A model generated the notes under the pieces. That model had not been told where the DNA came from. It saw only the letters and a program-made list of their open reading frames with translations, and made no database searches. A stretch of 64,000 nucleotides of DNA, from assembly GCA_902538705.1 (NCBI GenBank), contig CACBGD010000001.1, forward strand, positions 134,720 to 198,719, read 5' to 3'. Shown here piece by piece: positions 16,872-28,026 of the stretch (the stretch's first letter is position 1; every line of letters begins with the position of its first letter). The translations under genes and the position numbers were made by a program. The DNA is from an uncultured SAR86 cluster bacterium (GTDB lineage: Bacteria; Pseudomonadota; Gammaproteobacteria; Magnimaribacterales; D2472).

Positions 16872-18269
16872 TTAATTTTTGAAACTTACTAATCTATCAA
16901 GCGAGAAAGAGCCAACCCAAACAGAATCTCCAACAGGGAGAGCCACAGTAGGAAATGCAGCCTTGTTTTCATTAAAAGTATAAATATTTATGGGTATAAG
17001 ATCTTTGGCGCTAAGTTCAACAACCTTAAATGGCAATGAGCAGATCATATGATCTTCTTCGATACCTTTTAAAGTATACCCATCACACTTAGCTATAACA
17101 TCAAATGTTTCATGATTTAGGCTTGTCACCCAAACTGCATTATTATCAATAACTAAATTATCAGGACCATTGATACCAAAACTAAATACTTCTTCTTTTT
17201 TGATTAAATCATAAGCTTTTACTGTATCGCTTAAATTATTTGCAACATAAAGAATATTATCTTTTTTTGCAATTCCATTAGGCTGACCACTACTTGTAAA
17301 AGAAAGCTCCTCAAACTTAAACTTATTCCAAAACAAAACTACTCCAGTAGGATATTTAAATGTAGCTGCACTCAGCAACTGATTTATAGAAATATCTCTA
17401 GGATACATATGGGTTGTGAAGAATGATCCATTACTTTCAACCGTAATATCATTTATATAATATTTCTTGGGAATAGAAACACATCCTCTCCAAACCAAAG
17501 ACCAGTTTTCTTCAAAAACTAGTTCAAAGAACTCTACTGACTCCTTTGGATAGTGATTAACTACCGCAAGCTGGTAACTACCATCATATCTTTTATTAAG
17601 ATCAATACCATGAGGGCCAAAACGTAAGTCTTTTCTTTGACACTTTGGATCACCCCAAACATTTAGACCTAATGTAATATCTAAGTCTTCTCTCATTTTT
17701 GTATTTAAATTAAATAGAGCAAGGCCTCCTTCTTTTGGTTCCTCATATGGTCTTATTCCTCCAAACTCGCTAACAATAAAGTACTTTTCATCTGGTGTTT
17801 TTAAAATATCTTCAGGATTTGAGAGCACGCAATAAACTTCTAACTTTGATCCACTTGAGCAATCTGAAATATCTTCTATTGGCCCAACATAATCTCGACT
17901 TACTGTAAGTACTGTGAGACAAATCATAACTAAAAATGCATAAATATTAATTACTTTTCCCATATCTATCATCTTTTCTAAAATGCCAACTAAAAACTTC
18001 CTAAAAAATATGAAAAATAATCCCCTCAGGAAGAAACCGAATCCAAATAGAAAGGAAATAATGCTCCACACCCTGTAATGCCAATTATCGATATTAAGAA
18101 TAAAAATTAATAACGCTAATCCTGAAACGCCTATTGCTAGACCAACTCTCTTGGAAAGTTCATCGTCATTAGCAATCTTTAAAAAGAAGGTAAACATAGT
18201 TTTACTAAAAAAAAGAGCAGATAGACCCGAAATTAAAAAAATTACTGCGAAGAAGTAATTTAGAGCCAT
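16872..18269 (-). CDS. Membrane-anchored (about 4 TM) paraoxonase/arylesterase-like six-bladed beta-propeller protein
   Basis: 465 aa. Residues 1-125 form hydrophobic helices. The rest resembles the PON/SMP-30 fold by eye: GPHGIDLNKRYDGSYQLAVVNH, INDITVESNGSFFTTHMY, PNGIAKKDNILYVANNLSDTVKAYDL, GPDNLVIDNNAVWVTSLNH. Confidence 0.55.
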   Translation of the reverse strand: MALNYFFAVIFLISGLSALFFSKTMFTFFLKIANDDELSKRVGLAIGVSGLALLIFILNIDNWHYRVWSIISFLFGFGFFLRGLFFIFFRKFLVGILEKMIDMGKVINIYAFLVMICLTVLTVSRDYVGPIEDISDCSSGSKLEVYCVLSNPEDILKTPDEKYFIVSEFGGIRPYEEPKEGGLALFNLNTKMREDLDITLGLNVWGDPKCQRKDLRFGPHGIDLNKRYDGSYQLAVVNHYPKESVEFFELVFEENWSLVWRGCVSIPKKYYINDITVESNGSFFTTHMYPRDISINQLLSAATFKYPTGVVLFWNKFKFEELSFTSSGQPNGIAKKDNILYVANNLSDTVKAYDLIKKEEVFSFGINGPDNLVIDNNAVWVTSLNHETFDVIAKCDGYTLKGIEEDHMICSLPFKVVELSAKDLIPINIYTFNENKAAFPTVALPVGDSVWVGSFSLDRLVSFKN

Positions 18270-19150
18270 TTACCTAAAGTTTCTTTGATAATTTTAATAA
18301 CCTCTTTTGGAGCATCTATAGGAACATGATGGGCTGCATTATCAATTGTAATGAACTCCATATTTTCTTTAAATGTTGACTGCATATACTCCAAAATCTT
18401 TGAACCCATAAGTAAGCTTTTCCCGCCTGCGATAAAGAGAGAAGGGCATTTAAAAATATATTCATATCCTTTTGGTCTTCCTAATTTATAGAAAAGACTG
18501 TCATCAAATTTCCATCTCCAGCCTTCTTCAGTCTGTTTAACTGAATACTCAGCAACATACCTTAAATACCAATCATTCTCACATTCTTGTTTAGGCATGA
18601 GTCTAAATCTACCAAGTATTGTTTTCTTATCTGGATAGTATTTGATCAACCTAAGCGGACCTGAGCCAACATGCTTATCATACTCATAGTCTGGAGGTCT
18701 AACTGGCGTATCAATCATAATGATCCCAGAAATCTTTGATGGCTTTTCAGTAGCTACGAAACCAGCTATATGACCTCCAAGAGAGTGCCCAACAAGAAAA
18801 ACATTATTTTTAATATTTTCTTGTTTTAAAATCGATAAAATACTTTCACCAAAAACTTCGTAGCTATATTCATCTCTGTGATCAGAGTCTCCCATTCCTG
18901 GTAAATCTGGTGCAATAACTTTATATTCATCTGAAATAAATGGAGCTATTGGATCCCACCAATTCTTAGAAGCACCAGTTCCATGAATTAAAACAATAGT
19001 TTTATCTTTGGTACCCTTGCCCCAACATTTATAACTTACATTGCCAAGGTCTGTTTCCAGAACTTTTACTTCTGATTCTGAAACAATTGCTTCCTGAAAC
19101 CATTCGGGGGCATTCGATATATCTTTTTTAAGATTGTCAGTAATGTTCAT
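18260..19150 (-). CDS. Alpha/beta hydrolase
   Basis: 296 aa. Contains HGTGAS oxyanion region and GHSLGG nucleophile elbow. Confidence 0.8.
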   Translation of the reverse strand: MNITDNLKKDISNAPEWFQEAIVSESEVKVLETDLGNVSYKCWGKGTKDKTIVLIHGTGASKNWWDPIAPFISDEYKVIAPDLPGMGDSDHRDEYSYEVFGESILSILKQENIKNNVFLVGHSLGGHIAGFVATEKPSKISGIIMIDTPVRPPDYEYDKHVGSGPLRLIKYYPDKKTILGRFRLMPKQECENDWYLRYVAEYSVKQTEEGWRWKFDDSLFYKLGRPKGYEYIFKCPSLFIAGGKSLLMGSKILEYMQSTFKENMEFITIDNAAHHVPIDAPKEVIKIIKETLGKWL

Positions 19151-19191
19151 TGAGGCTATTCTAATCTAGAAACAAAAAATTTTCTTAAATA

Positions 19192-19977
19192 ATGAGTTTA
19201 ATTCCGGCAGCAACAGTTCTATTGTTAAGACAAAATAATAATGATATGGAGGTTTTACTTGTGGAGCGTTCAAGCAATACAGCATTTGGAGATTTGTATG
19301 TGTTTCCAGGAGGCAAAGTGGATTCTGAAGATAATTTTTCAGATAAGCTTAGTTTCCACTCTGATTTAGATGACGCAGATTGTTCAAAATTACTTGATAT
19401 AGATTATGGTGGTGCGTCTTTTTGGGTTGCTTGTATTAGAGAATGTTTTGAGGAAGTTGGAGTACTTTTGGCAAGAAAAAAGGATGGATCAATGATCGAT
19501 TTAAACAACAAGGATAAGGATAGATTTGTTGACTATAGAGAAGGATTGATTTCTAACAATATTTCTTTTTTAGAGATTTGTGAAAGGGAAAATCTTTTTT
19601 TTGAAACAACCAATATAGTCCCTTTCTCGCATTGGATAACTCCAGATATTGAAACAAAGAGATTTGATACGAGATTCTTTGCCGCGGAAATGCCAAAAGA
19701 TCAACCAACCTTACATGATGGGAATGAACTAACAAATAGCTTATGGATTGCTCCAAAAGAGGCAATTAAAAAGGCATGGAATGGTGAAATAAAGATGATT
19801 TTGCCAACTTCAAAAAATTTAGAGCAAACCTTTGATTTTAATTCTACAAATGAATTAATATCTTTTTATAAAAATAAGGGATCCTCAGAGATCAAATCAA
19901 TTTTGCCTAAATTTAAGAAAGTTGACGGCAAGTGGGAAGGTCGTCTGCCAGATGATGAGGGGTATGAAGATTTTTAG
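19192..19977 (+). CDS. NUDIX-family hydrolase
   Basis: 261 aa. The NUDIX-box core is CIRECFEEVGVLLA, preceded by FPGGKVD with a long insert. Confidence 0.6.
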   Translation: MSLIPAATVLLLRQNNNDMEVLLVERSSNTAFGDLYVFPGGKVDSEDNFSDKLSFHSDLDDADCSKLLDIDYGGASFWVACIRECFEEVGVLLARKKDGSMIDLNNKDKDRFVDYREGLISNNISFLEICERENLFFETTNIVPFSHWITPDIETKRFDTRFFAAEMPKDQPTLHDGNELTNSLWIAPKEAIKKAWNGEIKMILPTSKNLEQTFDFNSTNELISFYKNKGSSEIKSILPKFKKVDGKWEGRLPDDEGYEDF

Positions 19978-19979
19978 CG

Positions 19980-20792
19980 ATGGAAAGAGATAATTTATTA
20001 AAGAAAATAACTTCGCCAAATGGGGGAATTTTTACTGGTGCAGGGACAAACTCTTACCTTATTGGCAAAAAGGATATAACCTTAGTAGATCCCGGCCCAA
20101 ACATACCAAAGCATTTAGACAAGCTCGTTGAGATAGCAGATAACAAAATTAAAAGGATTCTTGTAACTCATACTCATATGGATCACTCGCCAGGAGCTAA
20201 ACCTCTTGCTGAACGTCTATCTATTCCTTGTTACGGAAAATTGGTTGAGAATGATTTCTCAATTCAAGACGAGTCTTTCAAACCTGATTTTATATTGTCA
20301 GAAGATGAGCATATTAAGACTGAAGAATATACGATAAAGCCAATCCATACACCCGGTCATGCATCTAACCATTATTGTTTTTTAATTGATGAAATTAAAT
20401 GCTTATTGAGCGGTGATCATATTATGGATGGGTCTACTGTTGTTATTGCTCCAAAAGATGGCAATATGAACGCATACATTTCTTCGCTTAAAAAGCTAAA
20501 TGATTTTTCTTTTGATTCAATAGCGCCTGGTCATGGCAATTTCATTGATAATCCATATGAAATTATTGAGTGGACTATTAAACACAGGCTGGAAAGAGAA
20601 GATAAAGTTCATAAGAAGCTTTCTAAGCTTGGAGCTGTTGGAATTAATCGTCTGTTAATTTCAGTTTATAACGATGTAAACCCAAAACTACTTCCTATTG
20701 CAAAATGGAGCCTTGAGGCACATTTGATAAAACTTATTGAGGACAAAAGGGTTGTTCTTGAAAAAGGAAAATATAGGTCTTTAGAAGACTAA
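19980..20792 (+). CDS. MBL-fold metallo-hydrolase
   Basis: 270 aa. Contains THTHMDHSPG (HxHxDH) and a downstream HTPGH. Confidence 0.8.
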   Translation: MERDNLLKKITSPNGGIFTGAGTNSYLIGKKDITLVDPGPNIPKHLDKLVEIADNKIKRILVTHTHMDHSPGAKPLAERLSIPCYGKLVENDFSIQDESFKPDFILSEDEHIKTEEYTIKPIHTPGHASNHYCFLIDEIKCLLSGDHIMDGSTVVIAPKDGNMNAYISSLKKLNDFSFDSIAPGHGNFIDNPYEIIEWTIKHRLEREDKVHKKLSKLGAVGINRLLISVYNDVNPKLLPIAKWSLEAHLIKLIEDKRVVLEKGKYRSLED

Positions 20793-21187
20793 GAGCATTT
20801 GTAATATCTTCCTGTATCTCCTCCAATAACAGGTTCACATTTAATTTTTAACTCATCTTCATCTTCTTCAAGCTTAATTTCTTCTTCTTTTTTTGGTACT
20901 AATTTGAGTTGATTTTTTTTATTTAATCTTTCTTCTTCATTTTGAGCTTCAATAGAAGCACTTGTTCTATCTACGCAATCAAAGTAATCATCTCTGTTGA
21001 GGTATTCATGCTTATCTTGTCTTGAAACCATCCTTGGCCCGTTTTCTGGATTCTGCATACACGATGTTTGCACATAACCAATTTTGTTTTCACCAATGAT
21101 ATCTTCAAGAGGATCACTATTGGGAGTTGACGAGCAAGAAAAAAGAAATATTATCGATAAAGAAAAAATGATAGCTAATTTACTCAT
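20789..21187 (-). CDS. Hypothetical lipoprotein
   Basis: 132 aa. Lipobox LFSC with a charged Glu/Lys-rich C-terminal half. 4-nt overlaps on both sides. Confidence 0.6.
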   Translation of the reverse strand: MSKLAIIFSLSIIFLFSCSSTPNSDPLEDIIGENKIGYVQTSCMQNPENGPRMVSRQDKHEYLNRDDYFDCVDRTSASIEAQNEEERLNKKNQLKLVPKKEEEIKLEEDEDELKIKCEPVIGGDTGRYYKCS

Positions 21188-23112
21188 AGGCTTTTTTTAT
21201 TCTCAATAAGATCAGAAACGACGGCAGGCTCAGCGAGAGTTGTTGTATCACCCAAGTTTTCGAAGTCACCTTCAGCAACTTTACGTAAAATTCTTCTCAT
21301 AATCTTTCCTGATCTAGTTTTTGGAAGACCGGGAGCATTCTGAATTAAGTCAGGTTTTGCAATTGGGCCAATTTCCTTGCCAACAAAGTTTCTTAATTCT
21401 ATTGATAATTCACCTGAAAATTCTTCACTTGCCATTAAAGTAACAAAAGCATATATCCCTTGTCCCTTTATTGGATGTTCAAAACCTACCACAGCAGCTT
21501 CAGCCACAACTGGATGCAGAACAAGGGCACTTTCAACTTCAGCAGTCCCGAGTCTGTGCCCAGAAACATTGAGAACATCATCAACTCTTCCAGTAATCCA
21601 AAAGTAGCCATCTTCATCTCTTTTTGCGCCATCACCTGTAAAGTAAATATTTTTATAAGTTGAAAAATAAGTATCAATCATTCTTTGATGGTCGTTATAA
21701 ACACTTCTAATTTGACTTGGCCACGAAGATTCAATTACTAGATTCCCTGATGCTTTTCCTGACTGCTTAACACCATTTTCATTGTATAGTTCAGGCTTTA
21801 CACCAAAAAATGGTAATGTTGCAGAGCCTGGTTTTGTAGGAGTAATGCCTGCAATGGGCGAGATAAGAATTGAACCAGTTTCTGTTTGCCACCATGTATC
21901 AATAACTTCGCAAGATTTATTCCCTATTACTGAGTAATACCAGTCCCAAGCCTCAGGATTTATTGGTTCACCAACGGTACCTAGGACTTTAATCGATTCT
22001 CTTGAGGTATTTCTTACAAATTCATCTCCTAGTGACATCAAAGCTCTTATGGCAGTTGGGGCAGTATAAAAAATATTTATTTTATGTTCATCGCATATTT
22101 CCCAACATCTAGATGCAGTTGGATATGTTGGAACACCTTCAAACATAAGTGAAGTAGCCCCATTTGATAGAGGGCCATAAAGAATATAAGTATGTCCAGT
22201 AATCCATCCAACATCTGCTGTACACCAATATTTATCATCTTCATTGAATCCAAATAAATATTTAAAAGAGATATGTGCTCCCAAAAGATACCCAGCCGTT
22301 GTGTGTAAAACACCTTTCGGTTTCCCCGTTGAACCAGATGTATAAAGAATAAAGAGTGGATCTTCAGAATCCATTGGCTCAGGTTCGCAAATATCATCAA
22401 CTTTTTCTTTTAGTTCATGAAACCAAAGATCTCTACCCTCAAACCATTTAATTTCTCCACCGGTTCGGTTAACAACTAGAACATTCTCAACACCAGGACA
22501 GTTTATTAAGGCTTCATCAACATTATCCTTTAAAGGTACCTTTTTGCCGCCTCTTACACCTTCATCAGCAGTGATTACAATTCTGCAATCAGCATCTAAA
22601 ATTCTATCTTTCAAAGACTCAGGAGAAAATCCACCGAAAACAACCGAATGGATTGCACCAATTCTTGCACATGCAAACATTGCAAATGCAGCTTCAGGAA
22701 TCATTGGCATGTAAATACAAACCCTGGAGCCTTTTTTAATTTCAAGCATTTTAAGGATATTTGCAAACTTGCAAACTTCAGAGTGTAATTCTTTGAAAGT
22801 TATTTCTTTAGAGTTTCCCGGCTCGTCACCCTCCCAAATCAAGGCAATCTTATCGCCATTTTTCTCAAGGTGCCTATCAATACAGTTGAGCGTTATGTTT
22901 GTTTTTCCTCCAACAAACCATTTGGTTTCCTGGAATTCAGAATTATGTACCTCTTTGAAATCCTCAATCCATGAAATATTTTCTCTTGCCAGATCGCCAA
23001 AGAATTTTTTAGGATTATCAATTGACTCTCTATATAGATTTAAATATTCGTCGAAGTCTTTTATATGCGGATTTGAAAATCCTGGATTAGGATTATAAAT
23101 GTCTTGTGTCAT
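21184..23112 (-). CDS. acs: Acetyl-CoA synthetase
   Basis: 642 aa. AMP-binding motif [11 protein letters not shown], followed by TGD..., and C-terminal [11 protein letters not shown]. Confidence 0.95.
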   Translation of the reverse strand: MTQDIYNPNPGFSNPHIKDFDEYLNLYRESIDNPKKFFGDLARENISWIEDFKEVHNSEFQETKWFVGGKTNITLNCIDRHLEKNGDKIALIWEGDEPGNSKEITFKELHSEVCKFANILKMLEIKKGSRVCIYMPMIPEAAFAMFACARIGAIHSVVFGGFSPESLKDRILDADCRIVITADEGVRGGKKVPLKDNVDEALINCPGVENVLVVNRTGGEIKWFEGRDLWFHELKEKVDDICEPEPMDSEDPLFILYTSGSTGKPKGVLHTTAGYLLGAHISFKYLFGFNEDDKYWCTADVGWITGHTYILYGPLSNGATSLMFEGVPTYPTASRCWEICDEHKINIFYTAPTAIRALMSLGDEFVRNTSRESIKVLGTVGEPINPEAWDWYYSVIGNKSCEVIDTWWQTETGSILISPIAGITPTKPGSATLPFFGVKPELYNENGVKQSGKASGNLVIESSWPSQIRSVYNDHQRMIDTYFSTYKNIYFTGDGAKRDEDGYFWITGRVDDVLNVSGHRLGTAEVESALVLHPVVAEAAVVGFEHPIKGQGIYAFVTLMASEEFSGELSIELRNFVGKEIGPIAKPDLIQNAPGLPKTRSGKIMRRILRKVAEGDFENLGDTTTLAEPAVVSDLIENKKSL

Positions 23113-23113
23113 C

Positions 23114-23779
23114 TTAAAGTATGGATGGCTGAGGATTTATGAAAGTCTTTCCTTTTGGATTGGACATAATTTTTGTAACTAACATCTCATAATCTTCTTC
23201 ATTTTCTTCGAAGTTTATGTCGGCAGCATTTACTATCAAGACAGGTGCCTTCTCATAGTCTAAAAAGAATCTGGAATAAGCTTCATTGATTTTTGTTAGA
23301 TATTCATTAGTGAGATATTGCTCGTATTCATTACCTCTTTTATCAATTCTTCCCATCAACACTTCAACAGGTGCTTGAAGATAAATGACTAGATCCGGTG
23401 TTGGTGAGTCAAGAGTTAAGTGTTCATAAACTTTATCATAAAGTTTCATTTCTTCTGCTGATAAGACTACCTCAGCAAATAGTCTATCTTTCTCTAATAT
23501 AAAATCAGCAACTCTTACTGGCTCAAATAAGCTTCTTTGTTTCAACTCCTCCATCTGCTGAACTCTTTGAAATAAGAAAAATAATTGAGCAGCGAGGGCA
23601 GACTGAGTTGGATTCTTATAAGATGCTTCCAAGAAGGGATTTTCAGCCGGCATTTCAAGCAAAATGTCATAGTTAAAAGATTTTGCAAGCTTATTTGCCA
23701 GAGTAGTTTTACCAACTCCAATTGGTCCCTCAACAGCAATATATTTAGGTAAAGGGTCTTCTTTGTAAGCTAATTTCAT
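23114..23779 (-). CDS. Deoxynucleoside kinase
   Basis: 221 aa. Contains P-loop [10 protein letters not shown], an ERS-like region and [10 protein letters not shown] (LID). Confidence 0.75.
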   Translation of the reverse strand: MKLAYKEDPLPKYIAVEGPIGVGKTTLANKLAKSFNYDILLEMPAENPFLEASYKNPTQSALAAQLFFLFQRVQQMEELKQRSLFEPVRVADFILEKDRLFAEVVLSAEEMKLYDKVYEHLTLDSPTPDLVIYLQAPVEVLMGRIDKRGNEYEQYLTNEYLTKINEAYSRFFLDYEKAPVLIVNAADINFEENEEDYEMLVTKIMSNPKGKTFINPQPSIL

Positions 23780-23798
23780 AAAATATATAAAAATTAGA

Positions 23799-25112
23799 TT
23801 ATCTTAATTCTTCGGAAAATCCAAATTCTTTTCCTTCACCCTTTCTTGGGTTGAAATTTCCATCAATTTCTACAGTTTTTCTGACTTTTCCTATCATTTT
23901 TTCTTTGGATCTAGCATCTGCGTATTGGAAGCTTGTCCACCATTTCCCAAGATTTGATTTATCCCTTGAGGCTTTCTCTCTAATTAAGAGGAAATCATAT
24001 CCAGCTCTAAATCTTGGATGCTTAATTATTTTATTAGGATTATTTTTTAATCTATCATTTAATTTCAATTGTAAGTACCAGATGTCTTTTATATAGCTAG
24101 TGAATTTTCTTGGGATGGCAGTAATCCTTTGCTGCTCAGCAATAATAGAGTCCATAGATCTAAAAAATTTTCTAACATTTATACCGTTATCAAAAGAGCA
24201 TCTTTCAATAAGTTTTGGCCACAAGATTGCCGCAAGAAGGAATCCAGGTGTAATAGATTTACCATCTCTATACCTTTTATCTGTGTTTTTGAGTGATTCA
24301 CCATAGACTTTATTCCCAGAATAGTTTTTTTCCAGGTTAAGCAGATATTTTGCAATACCAAAAGATTGAAGTTTCTTATAATTCTCATACCCATGCCCAT
24401 TCAGAAAAATTTTACAGAACTCATCAAACAACCTTGCATTAGAGATATTGCCTAAAAGGTCTCCTTTTTCATAAATAGCTTCTTTTATTTTGCTATCTAT
24501 TTTGAAATTAAGTTTAGTAGCGAACCTTATAGCTCTCAAGCTCCTGACCGGATCTTCTTCAAATCTGTATAAGGGATCTCCTATAGAAATGATTTTCTTT
24601 TCTTTGACGTGTTTAGCGCCATCATGGAAGTCCTTAAAAGTATTACTTATTGGACAAAAATAAATGGCATTTATTGTGAAATCTCTTCTATTGCAATCAT
24701 CTTCAATATCACCCCAGATATTATCTCTAATTATTTTTCCATCATCATCTTTGATGAGATCATTTTCTATAGTTGTACTATTTTTATTGAGACCAGCTCT
24801 GAAAGTTGCAACTTCTATTATCTGCTTCCCTTTATATATATGAACTAACTGAAATCTTTTTCCAATAATTCTCGAGGCTTTAAAGATTTTCCTAATTTCC
24901 TTTGGCTCAGCATTAGTTGCGATATCAAAATCCTTTGGCTTAATATTTGCTAACAAATCTCTAACACAACCTCCAACAAGGTAAGCTTCATAGTTATGAT
25001 CTTGAAGTTTGTTGATAATCTCAACAGCAAATGGGCTTATGCTTTCCCAATCCTCAGAACTAACAGGTGAGCTACTGTTTTTGGTTTTCTTAAAGAGATT
25101 CTTAATTATCAA
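23799..25112 (-). CDS. pcnB: Poly(A) polymerase I
   Basis: 437 aa. Nucleotidyltransferase motifs GGCVRDLL and DFDIAT. C-terminal HPRFRAGYDFLLIR is typical of PcnB. Confidence 0.85.
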   Translation of the reverse strand: MIIKNLFKKTKNSSSPVSSEDWESISPFAVEIINKLQDHNYEAYLVGGCVRDLLANIKPKDFDIATNAEPKEIRKIFKASRIIGKRFQLVHIYKGKQIIEVATFRAGLNKNSTTIENDLIKDDDGKIIRDNIWGDIEDDCNRRDFTINAIYFCPISNTFKDFHDGAKHVKEKKIISIGDPLYRFEEDPVRSLRAIRFATKLNFKIDSKIKEAIYEKGDLLGNISNARLFDEFCKIFLNGHGYENYKKLQSFGIAKYLLNLEKNYSGNKVYGESLKNTDKRYRDGKSITPGFLLAAILWPKLIERCSFDNGINVRKFFRSMDSIIAEQQRITAIPRKFTSYIKDIWYLQLKLNDRLKNNPNKIIKHPRFRAGYDFLLIREKASRDKSNLGKWWTSFQYADARSKEKMIGKVRKTVEIDGNFNPRKGEGKEFGFSEELR

Positions 25113-25114
25113 GT

Positions 25115-26107
25115 TTATAAATTTTCTAAGAGATTTTGGTATTCCTCTTTTTTAAGGCGTGGGCCAAATGTTTGGACTATTTTTGAAGCTGCCAAATTAG
25201 CAAATACACCGCATTCATGCAGCTCCTTGCCATTTAACATTGCGTGCATAAATGCACCTGCGAACATGTCACCAGCTCCATTTGTATCAATTGCCTCAAC
25301 TTCTAAACCATTATTTTTAATAATATCTCCACCAGTAACAATAAAACTACCATTTGGTCCATCAGTTATTATGGTTGTGAAATTTTTTTCTTTTAAGCCT
25401 TCGATTGCATCATCTATATTGTCAGTTCCCGTAAGAGCTAATGCCTCGTCACGATTACCAAAAACAAAGTCGATTCCATATGAAAGTATCTTTTCAAATT
25501 TTTCTCGAAAGCCCTGAACAATGCCATCATTTGATAAAGATAAAGCTTTTTTAGTTTCATAACCCACCAAGGAATCAAGAGACTTCGTAACAGAGTTAAA
25601 GTTAGAATCACTTGTTACCATATAGCCCTCTATGTAGAAGATTTTAGATTTTTGAATATACTCAAAATTTATATCCTCCTCACTTAAATACTCGCTAATT
25701 CCAAGGGTACTGCACATGGTTCTTGCCGCATCAGGGGTAACGAGAACTAGACATTTTCCTGTTGGAGTACTTTGATCATTTGAGCTTATGCCAATATGAT
25801 TAATTCCAGCCTCTGATAGGCTTTTAAGGTATTTATTACCATCTTCATCATCATTCAATTTACAAACATGATGACAGGTAGAGCCAAAATATGATGCGGC
25901 AACTAATGAATTTGTAGCAGAGCCTCCACAGTCAACAACTGACTCAAGATCTAAAGCCAAAAGCTTATCTAATATAGCATTTTGCTCATCTCTTGATTGA
26001 ATAACCATCTCATCTGGTTTCATACCAATTTCTTCAAGAAAATCTTGCTCAACTTTAAACTGAGTATCAACTAGTGCATTACCAATGGCAGCTATGTCAT
26101 GTTCCAT
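25115..26107 (-). CDS. PfkB-family kinase, adenosine-kinase-like
   Basis: 330 aa. Contains the DTNGAGDMFAGAF signature. Confidence 0.7.
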   Translation of the reverse strand: MEHDIAAIGNALVDTQFKVEQDFLEEIGMKPDEMVIQSRDEQNAILDKLLALDLESVVDCGGSATNSLVAASYFGSTCHHVCKLNDDEDGNKYLKSLSEAGINHIGISSNDQSTPTGKCLVLVTPDAARTMCSTLGISEYLSEEDINFEYIQKSKIFYIEGYMVTSDSNFNSVTKSLDSLVGYETKKALSLSNDGIVQGFREKFEKILSYGIDFVFGNRDEALALTGTDNIDDAIEGLKEKNFTTIITDGPNGSFIVTGGDIIKNNGLEVEAIDTNGAGDMFAGAFMHAMLNGKELHECGVFANLAASKIVQTFGPRLKKEEYQNLLENL

Positions 26108-27377
26108 ATATCACCTTTACCTTATTTATTACCTCATCAAGAATCTTTTTTGTGTGCTTAGTTGAAATAAATCCAGCTTCATATTTTGATGGTGCAAAGT
26201 ATATACCTTGATTTAAGCAGTCTTTAAAAAAACTTTCAAAATACTTATCACTTGATGCGACGACATCGTCAAAGTTATTTGGAAATTCATTAGCAAAAAA
26301 GAATCCAAACATTCCACCAATTTGATTAAAAGAGAAGGGTATTTCTTTATTAATCTCATCTTTAATATTAGTTAAAAGATAGTTGGCATTTGCCTCAAGC
26401 TCATCATAAGGATTTGTTTTTATGAGCTCATTGATAAGACACTTTCCAGCAGCAACTGCAAGAGGATTCCCAGAAAGAGTTCCTGCCTGATAAACGGGTC
26501 CTTCAGGTGCAAGAAAGTTCATTATTTCGGCTTTACCACCAAATGCTCCCACAGGAAGACCTCCACCGATTACTTTTCCTAAAGCAGTTAGATCTGGTGT
26601 GATTCCGTATAATTCTTGTGCTCCTCCTAAAGAAACTCTGAAGCCTGTCATTACTTCGTCAAAAATTAAGACTGACCCATTTTCATGTGTTTTGATTCTT
26701 AGAGTTTCTAAAAAATCTTTGTCTCCAGGAATAAAACCCATATTCCCAGCAATTGGCTCAATTATGACTGCGGCAAGCTCACTTTTAATGGATTCAAAGA
26801 CTTCTAAAAAAGCATTTATATCATTGAAGGGAACACTTATGGTGTGTCTTGCAAGTTCTTCAGGTATACCTGGAGAGTCGGGTAACCCAAAAGTCGACAC
26901 TCCTGAGCCTGCTTTTATAAGAAGAGAGTCTACATGGCCATGGTAACAACCAGTAAATTTAATGATTTTGTTGCGTCCTGTATATCCTCTAGCCAATCTT
27001 ATACAGCTCATAGTTGCCTCTGTTCCAGAATTTACCATTCTTATTTTTTCAATAGAAGGCATTACAGATCTAATTAACTCACCTATGGATGTTTCTGCTT
27101 CTGTTGGAGCTCCATAACTTGTTCCTAAATCAGCCTGGTCCTTAATTGCTTTTATTATTTTTGGATTACTGTGGCCTAAAATCATTGGACCCCAGGATCC
27201 AATAAAGTCCACATAATCATTTCCGTCAACATCATGCAAATATGCCCCAGAGGCCCTCTTAATAAAAATAGGAGTACTATTAACATTTCCAAATGCTCTT
27301 ACAGGTGAGTTTACACCTCCAGGCATTACGGATTTCGCTTTATTAAAAAGAGACTTAGATTTTTTCGTTTTACTCAA
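26097..27377 (-). CDS. hemL: Glutamate-1-semialdehyde 2,1-aminomutase
   Basis: 426 aa. Contains GGVNSPVRAF, FDEVMTGFR and LGKVIGGG (PLP Lys). Confidence 0.95.
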   Translation of the reverse strand: MSKTKKSKSLFNKAKSVMPGGVNSPVRAFGNVNSTPIFIKRASGAYLHDVDGNDYVDFIGSWGPMILGHSNPKIIKAIKDQADLGTSYGAPTEAETSIGELIRSVMPSIEKIRMVNSGTEATMSCIRLARGYTGRNKIIKFTGCYHGHVDSLLIKAGSGVSTFGLPDSPGIPEELARHTISVPFNDINAFLEVFESIKSELAAVIIEPIAGNMGFIPGDKDFLETLRIKTHENGSVLIFDEVMTGFRVSLGGAQELYGITPDLTALGKVIGGGLPVGAFGGKAEIMNFLAPEGPVYQAGTLSGNPLAVAAGKCLINELIKTNPYDELEANANYLLTNIKDEINKEIPFSFNQIGGMFGFFFANEFPNNFDDVVASSDKYFESFFKDCLNQGIYFAPSKYEAGFISTKHTKKILDEVINKVKVIYGT

Positions 27378-28002
27378 AATTAAAGTTGTTTACAAAAAAA
27401 CTTGCTGATTTAGCAGTATCTTGTGAGTTAAAAATAGCATTACTTAGAGCAATCATATCAAAATTTAGTTCCGCAACCCTATGAAAGTTTTCTTTACTTA
27501 TTCCACCAATAATTGCTTTATTTGAAGCATTAAACTTATTTATTAGGTCTAAGTTACTTTTTTCAATTGGAATTGCTTCCTTCTTAGTTAAAGAATTAGA
27601 GAAGGCACCGAATGAGACATAATTAGCACCTTCATTTATAGCTTTTTTTGCTTCTTCTGTAGATGATTTACAAGTTTTGCCAATGATAAGATTTTTGTAT
27701 TTACTTCTAACAAACTGAACTGATAAATCTGCTTTCCCCAAATGGACACCATCTGCACCAATGTCATGAGCAAGATGTGGAAAGTCATTTATGATAGAAA
27801 TTCCGTCTTTCTCTTTAATTAGTTTTATAAGAGATGAAAAAAAATTTTTAAGTTCTTTCGTTATTTCCTCTTTATAGCGAATCTGGAATATCTTTACTCC
27901 ACAACCAAGACATATATTGATATCATTTAAGAGTTTTGTTTCATCGAACTTTGGGGGAGTTATTGCATAAATACCCTTTAATTTATCTTTAAAATCAATC
28001 AC
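27370..28002 (-). CDS. thiE: Thiamine-phosphate synthase
   Basis: 210 aa TIM-barrel pattern: GVKIFQIRYKE, GADGVHLGKADL and IGGI. Confidence 0.8.
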   Translation of the reverse strand: MIDFKDKLKGIYAITPPKFDETKLLNDINICLGCGVKIFQIRYKEEITKELKNFFSSLIKLIKEKDGISIINDFPHLAHDIGADGVHLGKADLSVQFVRSKYKNLIIGKTCKSSTEEAKKAINEGANYVSFGAFSNSLTKKEAIPIEKSNLDLINKFNASNKAIIGGISKENFHRVAELNFDMIALSNAIFNSQDTAKSASFFVNNFNFE

Positions 28003-28026
28003 GATATAAAATATAACAGAATAAAA

